Of a DNA stretch of 64,000 nt, positions 27,801-41,759 are shown in pieces. This stretch comes from Hypanus sabinus. Taxonomy: Eukaryota. The notes below the pieces were generated by a model. It saw only the letters and a list, made by a program, of their open reading frames with translations, was not told the DNA's origin and made no database searches. The stretch lies in contig NC_082733.1 of NCBI RefSeq assembly GCF_030144855.1, positions 37,076,001 through 37,140,000 of the forward strand, written 5' to 3'. The position numbers and the translations under genes are program-made. How positions within the stretch are numbered: position 1 is the first letter of the stretch; every line of letters begins with the position of its first letter.

Positions 27801-30800
27801 AGTATCCTGTCAAATCGTCTAATCAATGCTTCTGAATTGATGTGGTTGTCCTGGTATTCGTGGGAGCAGCGATAATACTTTGTTAGCTGGAGAATCATTG
27901 GCCTATCACAAAATTTGGAAATCAGCCATCCCAGTCCACTTTTAACTTTGTTTTTGCATTTGTGAGCCAGTGCTCTTTATCTCCTTGTCCCTCAAATGCA
28001 TTGCAAGTTTACAAAGCCTGTGGAACTAGTTTAGAAAAAAAGGGCTGTAATTATTGATTGCAGGCACTTTCAGTACATTCATCAGTTCTGTACCCAAACA
28101 AGTTTGAGCAACACTGTTGTCAATTTGAGTAAATTTTCAAAATGACTAACAATAAATTATTTTCAAATGATTTATTTTCTTATTTCTTTGTCTGACGTCT
28201 TCATTTTACCAGGTTCTCTGTTTCAGTGGTTTGCACATTGCTTATGATTCAGGCTGCTGGCTCTGCAGAGTTTGTGAACCAAGGGTCTTTAGTTGTTCTT
28301 GACACCCACGTCAGGCCTGACAATATACAGTAGGCAAGATAAATTGAGAGAGAATGGAATTTGTGGATAACTAGTTTGATGCTACAGATTAGCACAAACC
28401 ACTGACTACTAGGCAAATACAATACAATTCCAATAATTTACCATCCCATTTTTCTGAAATTGATAAACTAGAACCTAGTGCACATCATTGAGCACATTGT
28501 TGAATGAACAGAACTTAGTACAAGTACTTTGTACATTGAATGAAATCAAGTTTAAGGAGAATAGCATAAAGAAGGCCAATTTGGAGGAGTCATTTCTGAT
28601 TAAACCAGAAACACACACAAAATGCAGGAGGAACTCAGCAGGGTAGGCAACATCTGTGGAGAGAAATAAACATTCAACATCTTGAATTGAGACCCTTCAT
28701 CCTTTTTGTAGATACTGCTTGAATTGCCAAATTCTGCCAGCATTTTGTGTGCTGCTCTGGATTTCCAGCATCTGCAGAATCTCATGGATTAAACCACCAG
28801 AGCACTTGGGATTAACCTCCATTGCACAATCCATTCAGTCTGAGTGTATTTGGCATGTTGTTGAAAATCCATTGGTAGCTGGTGTTAAACTCAGTGAATG
28901 TTACTGAGTCATCGGCTATGTCCTTTTCATCTAGTGGGAATATTAGCACATACAGTTAATTACAATTTCTTTGTATTTGTCCAGAGATGATAAACATCAG
29001 CCATGGTAGTGTAGTGGTTAGCACAATGTTGTTAGAGCTCAAAGCAAAGTTCAGAGTCCAATTTAGGTGCTATCTCTAAGGAAGTTGTATGTTCTCTCTG
29101 TGACTGCATGGGTTTCCTCCCACATTTCAAAGTCATAGGTTAATTGGTCATTGTACATTGTTCTGTGATTAGGCTGTGTTAAACAGGTGGTTGTTAGGCA
29201 GTTAGCTTGTTGGACCGAAAGCCCAGTTAGGTGCTGTATCTCTAAATAATTAAATGACTAACTTAAGTTCAAGCTTCACTGTTGTTATCAGATCCATTAA
29301 TCTTTAATTACAGTCCTGGGTTACTGAAACTCACCATATTGGGCACTGGAAATTGGAAATGGAAACTGAAAATACTTTTAAAAAACTTTGAAATGAAACT
29401 GAAAATACTCAGTGACCCAAGCACATTTCAGATTAATGAAAGTTGCAAAAACTGAGAAAGCAACTTAATTATTTGTAAATGGCAGAGCAAGGAATTGATC
29501 ATTAGGACAAAAATCTTTAATGGATGTTGGTCTCACTGCCAGTGTTCAATATCCGTCTAGGGAAGCAGTTAAGAGTTGACCACTGGGGTCTGGAGTGGGA
29601 AAGGACAGCAGATTACCTTTCCTGAAGTGGTTTTTGTTTCCAGAAGTTTCTTGGTTACCATTCACTGAGACTTTCTGGTCACTCAATTTTAAATTTCCCA
29701 ACTTCAAGACAGGGGTTTGGACTTGTTTCCTAATCAATGGCCAAGAACTTTACCACCTAGAAGACCATGAATGCAAACAGGAAACTCAATATCTGAAATT
29801 GTTGGCCTCTTATGTGTAATACTTCCAACTAATGAGATGCTATTTTACAAGTTTATGATACACCCCATTGCCTCAGAGCAGAAAGCTAGAGCACAGCAGT
29901 TAGCATGGTACTATAAACACAAAATACACTGCAGATGCTGGGGTCAAAGCAACACGTACAACACGCTAGAGGAATTCAGCAGGTTGACTTCGTTTCCACG
30001 GATGCTGTCTGACCTGCTGTGTTCCTCCAGCATGTTGAGCATGAAACTATTTCAGCTTGGGGCATTCCCAAGTTTGGCATTCACTTCCAGCGCCAGCTAT
30101 AAAGAGTTTGTATGTTCTCCCTGTGATCGAGTGGGTTTCCTCTGGGCGCTCCAGTTTCCTCCCACAGTCCAAAGATGCACCAGTTAGTCATTATAAATTG
30201 TCCAGATTTAATAGGTTGCTGGTTGGTTCAGCTCGTTGGGCTGGAGGGATCTGATAAATAAAATAAACGATTGTGGGAGTAGAGTGAAGGGTTTTAGGTT
30301 TTTCGTATGCTATTACTGTTACGTTGGCGCCGATAGAGTGTGTATAGTATAAAAAACGTGTTGTTTGTGTTAACATCCCCGTGTGTTGGTTGTTAATGCA
30401 AACAACACATTTCACTGTATGTTTCAATATTAACATGATAAATAAATTTGAACCTTGAATCTTATTTGTTTTACTTAGAGATGCAGCACAGTAACAGGCC
30501 CTTAATGCCCAATTTCACCCATGTGACCAATTAACCCAATAACCCACACGCTTTAGGAATGTGGGAGGAAACTGGCGCACCTGGAGGAAACATGTGTGAT
30601 CACAGGGAGAATGTACAAACTTCTTACAGACGGGTGGGAATTGAACCTGGGTCGCTTGGTGCTGTCACCAAAGTTCAAAGTAAATTTATTACTAAAGTAC
30701 ATATATGACACCATGTACAATCTTGAGATTCATTTTCTTGTGGGTATACTCAATAAATCTATATAATACTAACTAAAACAGAGTAAATGAAAGACTGCCT

Positions 30801-31937
30801 AACTGCAGAAGACAACTTACTACAAATAGAAATAGATGAAGAAAAAGAATAAATAAATAAGCAATAAATGAAAAGAACAGATGAAAAGTCATTGAAAGTG
30901 AGTCCATAGGTTGTGGGAACATTTCAGTAATGGTGCAAGTGGAAGCTGAGAGAACCTATCCACTTTGGTTCAAGAGGCTGATGGTTAAGGGGTAATAACT
31001 GTTCCTGAACCTGGTGGTGTGAGTCCTGAGATTCCTGTACTGGCTTTCTGATGGCAACAGTGAGAAGAGAGCATGGTCTGGGTGTTGAGGGTCCCTGATG
31101 ATGATGAGTGCTGCTTTTCTGCAACAGCATTTCATGTAGATGAGCTCATTGGTTGGGAGGGCTTTACCTGCGATGGAATACTATCGTGCCAACCACCAAG
31201 CTACCGTGCCACCCCAAATCTTGGACATATCTAGGGAAACAGGCCATAGGATGTAATGTTAATAACCAATTGCTCATACTAAATCTGAGCAGTCAATACA
31301 GTATGCAGGTGATCCTGCAGTACAGAAGTTTGGATAACGAGTTTTCTCTTAGAGTTCACAAATCACAACCAAACCAAACTGGAATATGGAATAAAATTCA
31401 CTCATAAAATGTTAGTGAAAACAGAAGTAAATTTAAATGTAGATGGTTTTGCCTCTGCATCTGCATCCACATCCACCACCTTCTGCAGCTTTTTCCATTC
31501 CTCTCTCCACTGTGTATCTTTAGAAGTTTGTCAAAGTTTTTGGTGACATGACAAGTCTACGCAAACTTCTAAGAAAGCAGAGGCACTGTCATGCTTTCTT
31601 TGTGATGATACTTATGTACTGGTCTCAGGACAGATCCTCTGATGATGTTAATGCTGAGGAATTTAAATCTACAGACCCCCCCCCCCCTTCCCCGTAATGA
31701 AGACTAGCTCATAGATCTATGGAATTGAATCTCCGTCCTCAGCACTGGACAGCATTACACTAACTGCTACGTTACTATGCCACATGGAGCTATATTCACC
31801 CAATCAATGAGCCTCCTGATCTATTTTTTACTTTACTGTTTATCATATTGTGCTAAGTTCCTGAGTGTGAATCAGCGGACAGAAATTTGTCCAGAGAGAG
31901 TTTTAGCTAGACACTAATAAAGTACAAAGTGACTAAT

Positions 31938-32361
31938 GGCTCTCCTCCCCTTCTTACCCCATCCCTTTATTTATTTATTATTCCCCCTTTTTTTCCTCTC
32001 TCTGCCCCTCTCACAATCGCTCCTTGCCTGCTCTCAATCTCCCTCTGGTGCTCCCCTCCCCCTTTCTTTCTCCCTAGGCCTCCCGTCCCATGATCCTTTC
32101 CCTTCTCCAGCTCTGTATCCCTTTTGCCAATCAACTTTCCAGCTCTTAGCTTCATCCCTCCCCCTCCTGCCTTCTATTATTTCAGATTTCCCCCTCCCCC
32201 TCCTACTTTCATATCTCTTACTATCTTTTCTTTCAGATAGTCCTGACGAAGGGCCCCGACCCAAAACGTCAACTGTATTTTTTCCTATAGATCCTGCCTG
32301 GTCTGCTGCATTCTCCCAGCATTTTGTGTGTGTTGCTTGATTTCCTCGTGTTTGCATTTTT
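31938..32361 (+). mobile_element. Penelope-like element 3' end
   Basis: Matches the tail at 54980-55420; 12-bp TSD AAAGTGACTAAT at 31926-31937 and 32362-32373. Confidence 0.8.
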
Positions 32362-32383
32362 AAAGTGACTAATTCTCTGGATC

Positions 32384-33043
32384 TGTTCATGTAAAGTGGA
32401 TATGCAGGCGAACAGGCAGGGAATGGAGACTGCATGCAGGCGGATGTGGAATTTTAATTGGCATCTAATTTGAAAGGTTAACTTATTTGCTGATCAAAAG
32501 TTGTTCCAAAGTCTGCGCCTGCCATGCTGGTTAATGATGGGCCTGCCCGAGGTATGTAGCTGAGTTCCCTTTGGTTAGTATCCATGCGCTGCAGCACCAG
32601 TTTCTGGTCCCTGATCACATGCTGCTGCATCTCTGACTGGCTTCCTTACAGTCCTCAGGTGTATATGGGTAAATGTGTGTGTATGAGTCTCTTTTAAACC
32701 CTGAGTTCGCTCCAGGCTGTGAGCCGCGGACAATGCTGTAGAAACCATTTGAGAAGTGCGTTACAGTTAATAAGGGGAAGCGCTCATATTTTGGATGCAC
32801 ACTTAGTTAAGTAGTTGTTTATTGCTTGTTCAATCTCCTGTAACTTGGGCAGATTTAACAACTTGTATTGAATGCTGAGTGTTGTAGTTTCTATAGTTTG
32901 GGTGAATTGGATGAGAGCTTGTTTGATTTACATGCGAGTGAAGTATTTCACTGCTTGCTTGTGAATAAACAGTTGCTGTAATTATCCGCAATCAGTATCT
33001 GTTGTTTCACTTACCGAACCAGCGAAACTACTTGCATATAACA
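32384..33043 (+). mobile_element. Probable solo LTR (660 bp)
   Basis: Imperfect inverted termini TGTTCATGT...GCATATAACA; AATAAA near the 3' end; the TSD match is weak (ggatc/acatc). Confidence 0.45.
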
Positions 33044-35084
33044 ACATCGTTGCTGCCATAGGCATGATGGGCCAAAGGGCCTGTTTCTGAACTGTACTGT
33101 TCTACACTCAGTGGTCACTTTACTCGGTACACCTGTATACCTTATTAATGCAAATATCTAATCAGCCTACCATGTGACAGAAACTCAATGCATAAAAGCA
33201 TGCAGACATGGTCAAGAGGTTCAGTTGTTCTTCAGACCAAACATCAGAATCGGGGAAAATTGTGATCTAAATGACTTTGACCATGGAACGATTATTGATG
33301 CCAGACTGGTTAGTTTGAGTATCTCGGAAACTGTTGACCTCTTGGGATTTTCACACATTGCGATCTTATAGCGAGTTTTACAGAGAATGGTGGGAAAAAC
33401 AAGAAAACATCCAGAGAGTGGCAGTTCTGTGCGTGAAAACATCTTGTTAATGAGAGAGGTCAGACGAGAATGGCCAGACTGGTTCAAGCTGACAGGAAGG
33501 TGACAGGAACTCAAATAAATATGTATCATAACCATGGCATGCAGAAGGGCATCTCTGACTGCACACTGAACCTTGTTTGGCTGCAACAGCAGAAGACCAC
33601 AATGGGTTCCACTCCAGTACCTAATAAAACAGACACAGATTGTGCATTGTGAAATTTGATTTTTTCATCAGCAGTAGAGTGAAGTGCATAAAAAAATTCT
33701 AAGCTACAATAGGAAATATATGAAATAAACAAGTACAGTAGCGCAAACTGTGAGCAAGATAGTGAGGTTATGACTGGGGATTATAGCCTTTGTTATAAAT
33801 CCTGTAATTTGGAAGCTGATTTAAAATTTCAGGATGTTAACAGAAACTGAAAAGGCAGATGGTGAGAAACTATGTGCACTGGTCTGAGATCCGAGGATTA
33901 AAGGTTGTCTAACAAGTTAGACTTAAGGACATTTTTGATTTTCCAAAGAGTGAGGTTAGGCAGCACTTTTACACATGGGTAGTGGTAGAAATATAGAAAT
34001 CTCTTCTACAAAATGCAGATGATGCTGGACCAACCATTAAATTTAAATCTGAGTTTGATAAATGTTTGTTTGATTAGTGAATTATTTAAGGACACGGTGG
34101 GAGGGGGAGTGAGCATGTCGGGATTAGGTCAACGATCAGTTGTAAGCTCAGTTTGAGGGGTATGGATAGGGTAAATGCAAGCAGGCTTTTTCCATTGAGG
34201 TTGGGTGAGACTAGAACTAGAGTTCATGGGTTAAGGATGAGAGGTGAAATTTTTAACGGGAACCTGAGATTGGTGAGACTGTGGAATGATCTGCCAGTGG
34301 AAGTAGTGAATGTGGGTTCAATTTCAACATTTAAGAGACATTTGTGTATGTAGGTGGATGGGAGAGCAATTGTCCAGGTGCAGGTCAATAGGAATAGGCA
34401 GAAAAGTAGGTTGGCATGGATCAGATGGGCTGAAGGGCCTGTTGTTATGCCATAGGGTTCTGTGACTCAATGCATGTGGGAAAGGGTTTATGGGACGACT
34501 CATCTTCATCCTGTTCCTGAGTTAATTAAAAGATTAATTAAAATACCACAACATGCAATAGGCTGGCTGCTATTTGGAAACAGGATAATGGAGCAACAGA
34601 CATAAAATGCTGGAGGAACTCAGCCAGTCAGGCAGCATCTCTGAAAATAAATAAACATTTGTGGGAATGGGATAATAGAGTTTCCTTTGTAAGGGGTGAC
34701 GTTCTTCAGAAACTCAAATGTAATGGAAGTTACACCCAAACCTTTTTTTTAACCATCTCCGGCATTTGCAAGGTAAATTAAAGCATCACAGTGTGTGTAC
34801 ACGTATGGAGTCTGTCACAGGTCTTTTTGTCACACAGAGAAATTCATGCAGCTATCTTTTCCTGTCAGATGATCCAGGTTTGTGTATCAACAACTTCTGG
34901 GGAATTGGATAGAAGAATATACACTCGCTCTCTGCCGAAAAGTATTTTTAAGGTGGGGTGTATTCATGTGATTTTACAGTGGCAAGCCAACACAACAATA
35001 AGCAAATAGGACAACATTGTAACCATGGATACTATTAGGTGTGGACGTATATTATCTCTGTTGTTGACTTGATGATACCTTACT

Positions 35085-35160
35085 GAACAGAAAGTGACGA
35101 CAAAGCTGTTGAAATTTGGTTATGCTTTGTCACCAGCAGACGAGGGTTCGGTATAAAGGT
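35085..35160 (+). promoter_or_regulatory. ISG20 copy A proximal promoter: TATA box and disrupted IRF/ISRE motif
   Basis: TATAAA at 35152-35157; GAAAGTGACGAC at 35090-35101. Confidence 0.6.
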
Positions 35161-35244
35161 GCTCGAGCAAATGAGGAAACGGGAGAGCGAAGAGGAAGTT
35201 GCTGTTGCTACATTGGACCCTTTGCAGGGAGTACAAGCTGTACA

Positions 35245-35475
35245 ATGGTAGATCCTTCCAAGTATGTTGCCATGGACTGTGAGATGGTGGGACTTGGCTG
35301 CAATGGCCGTGACAGTGGTCTGGCGCGCTGTAGCATCGTTGATTATGATGGGAAGGTGATCTATGACAAATTTATCAAACCAGATGGGACAATTACAGAT
35401 TACAGGACACCCGTGAGTGGGATTCGCCCATCGGATATGGATACAGCTGTGCCTTATCAGATCGCCAGGGAAGAG
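35245..35475 (+). CDS. ISG20: Interferon-stimulated 20 kDa exonuclease, copy A, exon 1
   Basis: MVDPSKYVAMDCEMVGLG...SGLARCSIV...YDKFIKPDGTITDYRT.VSG: ISG20-type residues with no N-terminal extension; donor GAG|GTAAGT. Confidence 0.9.
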
Positions 35476-38392
35476 GTAAGTTTCCCCTTGTAATACTTCT
35501 TGTAATTATTCAGCCACATAACCATTCTTATTAATCCTTCCTTGAATATGTCTAACATCTGACTGAGAGATCTGGTGAAGGACTACTTGATGGAAGTTTT
35601 ACGTAGCACCCATTGTGACTTCATAAGACCATAAGATATAAGAACAGAATTAGGCCATTTGGCCCATTGAGTTTGGTCCATCATTCCATCATGGCTGATT
35701 TATTATCCTTTTCAACCACATTCTCCTGCCTTCTCCCCATAGCCTTTGATGCCCTGGCTAATCAAGAACCTATCATCCTCTGCCTTAAGTATACCCAATT
35801 ACTTAAGGATATTCAAAACCATTTTAAAGCCAATGGAAAGAGTTGGAAGAATGGCTACTTTGAGAAATTAGGAAAAAGTGATAGCCTGTTTATATCTAAC
35901 AAGCTCACACACGTGATAATAAACAGATTGCTTCAGTAATCTGGTAAATATTGGACCCAGTACAAGGGGAATTACCCCCCTGTTTATTGCCACGAATCTT
36001 TAGCATCTACTTGAGAGCAGAGGGAACCTGAGCTTTCAAACTCCAAGGAGTGCACATCACAAACAACTTCCCATGGTCCCAGAACACAGTCAAGAAAGCT
36101 CACCAATGCTTCAGCTTTCTGAAGGGGCTGAACTTTGCACACTCATACTGGCATCATTCTCCAGTTGCGCAGTAGAGAGCATCTGAACAAGCTGCACCAC
36201 TGCTTGATGTGGAAGCTGCACTGTGGCAGACAGGAATCTCTACAGCGGGTAGTCAAAACTGCCCAGAGCATCACCAGCTCCAGCCCACCCACCACGAAGG
36301 ATATATATGCAGAAAGGTGCTGAAAGAGGCCAGTAACATTGTGAAGGATCCCACCCACCCTGCTCATGAACTGTTTGCCCCACTCCCATCAGGGAGGAGG
36401 CTACGTGACATCCACCAGACTCAAAAGTAGATACTTTCCACAAGCAGTAAGACTGATCAACACCTCCACCCACAAACTCCATCGCGACTTTATTATTTAC
36501 CATTAGTCATTTTATGTACAGCCTAATGATCACTTTATGGACATACAGTCTCTCTAAGTATATAGCTATCTTGTGCATTTATATTTATCACTTGTTTTAT
36601 TATCATTATTTGTTCTTTATCTTTTGTGGTTTTGTTTAAGCTGCATCGGATCCAGCGTAACAATAATTTTGTTCTCCTTACACTTGTATTCATTAATCTA
36701 GTCTAAGGCTCAACCCTTTGAATACAGGATTCTCTTGGCAATGCTATAGAATGATCAGTGTAGGTCTTGTGCTGACGTCTCTTTAGTGGGACTTGAAGCA
36801 TAGCCATACTGGCAGTCATTGTTTCCCAGTCCAAACGTAAGCTGTCAAACCAGTTGTGTTCAGCAGTCGTCAACCAATCAACTTCAGGAATGCTTTGACG
36901 GAACTGAAATGGGAGGCTGTCTATTCTTCTCACATCTCTTCCTCCCCACCCCAACCAATAACTCACGAAGAAACTTAACTGAATTAATTAGTTGACCAAG
37001 AGTCTTAGTGACAAGGCTAGGTTTTGAGGGGCGAAACCAGGAGGGTATTATCAATAGGAGAGATTCTGCAGATGCTGGAAATCCAGAGTAAGACACACAA
37101 AATGCTGGAGGAACTCAGCAGGTCAGGCAACGTCTATGGAAAGGAGTAAAGAGTTGATGCTTTGTGCTGAGATCCTATATCAGATCAGGAAAGGAAGATT
37201 GAAAGAGACAGAATAGGAAGGTGGGGGTGTGCGAGGGGAAGGGGTGCCAGCTGGCAGGTGATAGGTGAAGCCAGATAAGGGGGAAAATAAAAAAAAAACG
37301 TTTAGTAACGTACAAGATGCTGGAGGATCTCCGCAGGTTAGGCAGCATCTATGGAGAGGAATAAAGAGTAAACGTTTCAGGCTGAGACCCATCATCAAGT
37401 ATTTGTCAGATATATTATTAGCTTCCAGTGCATCAAAGCTTTCTAAAACATCAGTAAAGGTTCCCCTGTAAAATATGAACAGATTTCTGAAATTTCAGTG
37501 ATATTAGTAATGATTTTGGATAAAGTGGATTCTCTTTTCCATGGCATGTCATTGGTTCTGGGTGGACTGGGCTCATCTCTGCTGTATCTTGTTTCGGTCC
37601 AGAGTGAAGGGTGTCGATCCAAAATGCCGACTGTTTACTTCCCACCATAGATACTGCCTGACGTGATGGTTTTCCCCCGGCAGTGTGTGTGTTGCTCCAG
37701 ATTCCAAAATCTGCAGTGCCGTGTGTCTCTGTAATCTGATTCCGTCTGATGTTTGTTTGATCAAACAGATCTTTATTTGGAAGTGTTATCAAAAGAAATG
37801 GATCCAAACTAAATAAGTGGAGTCTGAAATACACATCAGCCTTGATGTAATTAAATGTAAATACTCAGTGATAGGTGTCGGAATGTACTGCCTGGTACGG
37901 CAGATACGTCAGAGACTTTCAATAGACGTTTACATGAATGTGTGAGAAATGGAAGGGTATGGACATTGTGTATGCAGAGGGGATTATTTAGAATGGCCAT
38001 TTGATTACTAATTTAATTGGATCGGCACAACACTGTGGGCCGGAAGGCCTGTCCTGCGCTATGATGTTTCTATCTTCTTAAATGCTGGGCTGACAATCCT
38101 TTTCCTGTTATTCATACTTAACATAATTCAGAGTAATTAGCCGGCATCTGTGGCTAAGCAGTTAATATTTGTGTTTACTAACATTATGCTGGGGGCTTCC
38201 AGATAGCTTGACCAACACCCATCCTTCAGACAACACCAACAATCGATTGTTTTATCTCTGTGGGACCTTGCTGTGTGCAAAAAATCAATGGCAGCTCTGA
38301 CACTTTGAAAGCAGCTTGAGGCACCCTGAGGAAAAGTCAGGCAATCTCGGAGTGGAAGTTTGTTGCACTAACATTCTGCTGCTTCCATTCAG

Positions 38393-38593
38393 ATTCTGGA
38401 GATCTTGAAAGGAAAGATTATCGTGGGCCACGATCCCAGGTCTGACTTCTGTGTACTGAATACGGACGTTTCGAACTACGCCATACGGGACACCTCATCG
38501 TGCAAGTTACTGATCACAAAAGCAAAACTGAAAACCGACAGACGTGCCTCATTAAAGGCTCTCTGCCAGAAACTGCTGGGGAAAAGAATACAG
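38393..38593 (+). CDS. ISG20: ISG20 copy A exon 2
   Basis: Acceptor ttccattcag; ILEILKGKIIVGHDPRSDF...RRASLKALCQKLLGKRIQ; donor CAG|GTACAT; 201 nt, same as the AEN middle exon. Confidence 0.9.
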
Positions 38594-39399
38594 GTACATG
38601 AAAGGTCACATGAAACTTCTCTTCCTCTGTAATGCTTCTAATTCTATCCCATCCGTTCTTCAAAGTTTAAAGTTCAAGAAAATATTTTATCAAAGTGCAT
38701 ATATGTCACCGTAGGCTGCCATGGGATACATTTCCTTGTGGGCATTCACAATAAATACAAAGAAACACAACAGAATTAATGAAAAACTGCACGCAACAAA
38801 GACGGCAAACAACCAATGTGCAAAAGACACCAAACTGCAAATACAAAATAATATTAATAATAATACATAAGTAACAAATAAGGAGAACATGAGTTGTAGG
38901 CTCCTCATATGATAAGCCATTCAATCCCCGAATCATTTTTGTGAACCTCCTTTGAACCCTCTCCAATGTCAACATGCCCTCTCTTAGATAAGGGGCATTA
39001 ATGATGATGAGTAGGTACATGAGTAGGAAAGATTTAGAGGAATACAAACTGAACATGAGGGAATGGGATTACCTCAAAGAGATGACTTTGTGGGCCTGGG
39101 CGAGTTGGGCCAAGGGGCTGGTTTTCATGTTGTGTCACTCTGGCTCTACAACAGTGCCGATGTATGATGGAATCCTGGCCTTTACACAGGATCTCTCAAT
39201 GGCCGCACATCTGGCACAAACGGAAGAGCTACTTCATCACAGTTCCGATGACCTAGTTAATCATGACCCCAGCTACCGTCAATGTGGGGTTTGCCTGTTC
39301 TCCCTTTAACCAGCTGGGTTCCTCTAAATATTTCCTCCCACAATCCTAAGACATGAAGGTTAGACAGCCACTGTAACTTCCACCTAGTTGCTTGCAAAT

Positions 39400-40190
39400 T
39401 CATAACACCACAAGGTAGATGCAGATTAGGCCATTCGGCCGAGTAAGTCTGATCTGCCTTTTGATCATGGCTGATTTATTTTCCCTCTCCACCTCATTCT
39501 CCTATCTTCACCCTGTAACCTTTGATACCCTTACCAATCAAGAATGTATCAACCTCTGCTTTAAATCTACCCAATGACTTGATGTCCACAACTGCCTGTG
39601 GCAACGAATTCCGCTGATTCATTACCCTCCAGATAAGGAAATTCCTCATCATCTCTTTTCTAAAGGGATGTCCTCGTATTCTGAGGCATTTCAATCTTTG
39701 TTAGGTTTTGATGAGATCTCCCCTCATCCTTCTGCATACCAGTGAGTACAGGCCCAGAGCCATCAGTCGGTCCTTATATGGTATCGTTTTCGTTCCTGAA
39801 ATCATTCTTGTGAATCTCTTCTGAACCAATGGCAGCACATCCTTTCTTAGATAAGGGGCCCAGAACTGCTCACAATACTCCAAGTGACACCTTATAAAGC
39901 ATCAACTTTACATCCTCCCTTTTATATTCTAGTCCTCTGCAAATGCATACTCACATTGCATTTGCCTTCCCACTACCAACACAATCTCCAATTTAACCTT
40001 TAGAGAACCCTTTGCAACTCGGATTTTTGAATTAAAACAGCCTATGCTTTTATTTCTTCCTCCAAAATACATGACCATGCAATTCCTGGCACTATATTCC
40101 ATCTGCCACTTGCTTGCCCATTCTCCTAATCTGTCTATGTTCCTCTGCAGTCTCGCTGCTTCCTCAACGCTACCTGCCCTCCACCTGTCT
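39400..40190 (-). mobile_element. Old CR1 LINE fragment, also present in the duplicate at about 60540-61330
   Basis: LQRNIDRLGEWASKWQM and EYCEQFWAPYLRKD. Confidence 0.75.
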
Positions 40191-40311
40191 TCGTATTGCA
40201 TAAACAAACTCATAACGTCATGCTGCATGGACGCTGGACCTTAGTGTCTGAACCGACCATCAAGCTTTTATTCACGGGAGTTTAGAAAAATGAGAGTGGA
40301 TCTTATAGAAA

Positions 40312-41300
40312 TCTATCCCACAAGGATCTGTTCTGAGACTTCCACTTTTCGTGATTTTTATTAACGACTTGGATGTGGAGGTAGAAGGGTGGGTTGGCAA
40401 GTTTGCAGATGACACAAAGGTTGGTGGTGTTGTAGATAGTATAAAGGATTGTCAAAAATTGCAGAGAGACATTGATAGGATGCAGAAGTGGCGCGAGAAG
40501 TGGCAGATGGAGTTCAACCCGGACAAGTGTGAGGTGGTACACTTTGGAAGGACAAATCCCAAGGCAGGGTACAAAGTAAATGGCAGGATACTTGATAGTG
40601 TGGAGGAGCAGAGGGATCTGGGGGTACATGTCCACAGATCCCTGAAAGTTGCTTCACAGGTAGGTAGGGTAGTTAAGAAAGCTTATGGGGTGTTAGCTTT
40701 CATAAGTCGAGGGATAGAGTTTAGGAGATGTGATGTAATGTTCCAGCTCTGTAAAACTCTGGTTAGGCCACACTTGGTGTACTGTGTCCAGTTCTAGTTG
40801 CCTCACTATAGGAAGGATGTGAAAGCATTGGAAAGGGTACAGAGGAGGTTTACCAGGATGCTGCCTGGTTTAGAGAGTAAGGATTATGATCAGGGATTAA
40901 GGGAGCTAGGGCTTTACTCTTTGGAGAGAAGGAGGATGAGAGGAGACATAATAGAGGTGTGCAAGATATTAAGAGGAATAGATAGAGTGGATAGCCAATG
41001 CCTCTTCCCCAGGGCACCACTGCTCAGTACAAGAGGACATGGCTTTTAGGTAAGGGGAGGGAAGTTCAAGGGGGATATTAGAGGAAGGTTTTTCACTCAG
41101 AGAGTGGTTGGTGCGTGGAATGCACTGCCTGAGTCAGTGGTGGAGGCAGATACACTAGTGAAGTTTAAGAGACTACTAGACAGATATATGGAGGAATTTA
41201 AGGTGGGGGGTTATATAGGAGGCAGGGTTTGAGGGTCGGCACAACATTATGGGCCAAAGGGCCTGTAACGTGCTGTACTATTCTATGTTCTATGTTCTAT
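40312..41300 (+). mobile_element. Young 5'-truncated CR1 LINE specific to copy A
   Basis: FINDLD...KFADDTK...WQMEFNPDKC...LVRPHL; (TTCTATG)n tail; empty site at about 61447 in the duplicate. Confidence 0.9.
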
Positions 41301-41759
41301 ATACTATGACCAGGACTGGGTAAATTAGATGCAGAAAGGAGTTCCTAATGATGAAGTCTGGATTGGATTTTTTTTTATCATCGCATGTTCCGAGACAGTG
41401 AAAAGCTTTTGTTTTGCATACTAGCCAGGCAGATCATACCATATTTCATTATGTCAATGCAGTTATAGAGGAAGTGCGGGGCAGGTAGACAAAGTCAAGG
41501 ACCAGGGAGTCACAGTGTAAGGATAAAGGAGTAAGTTCAACGTTCAAAGTAAAGTTTATTATCAGAGTACATACATGTCACCACATACAACCCTGAGATT
41601 CTTTTTTCTGCAGGCATACTTGTCAAATCTATAAAACAGTAACTGTAAACAGGATCAATGGACAACAAACTGTGCAAGTGCAGATATTTAAAAAGCAATA
41701 AAGAATAAGCATGAAATAACAAGATAAAAGAGTCCTTAACTGAGTGTAGTTATCTCCTT

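Noticed and set aside
34895-34904. TTCTGGGGAA as a STAT site
   Set aside because: N4 spacing, short and common by chance; identical in both copies, so uninformative.
35116-35244. N-terminal extension of the ISG20-A ORF
   Set aside because: Overlaps the TATA box, and the paralog has an in-frame stop there, so it is not conserved.
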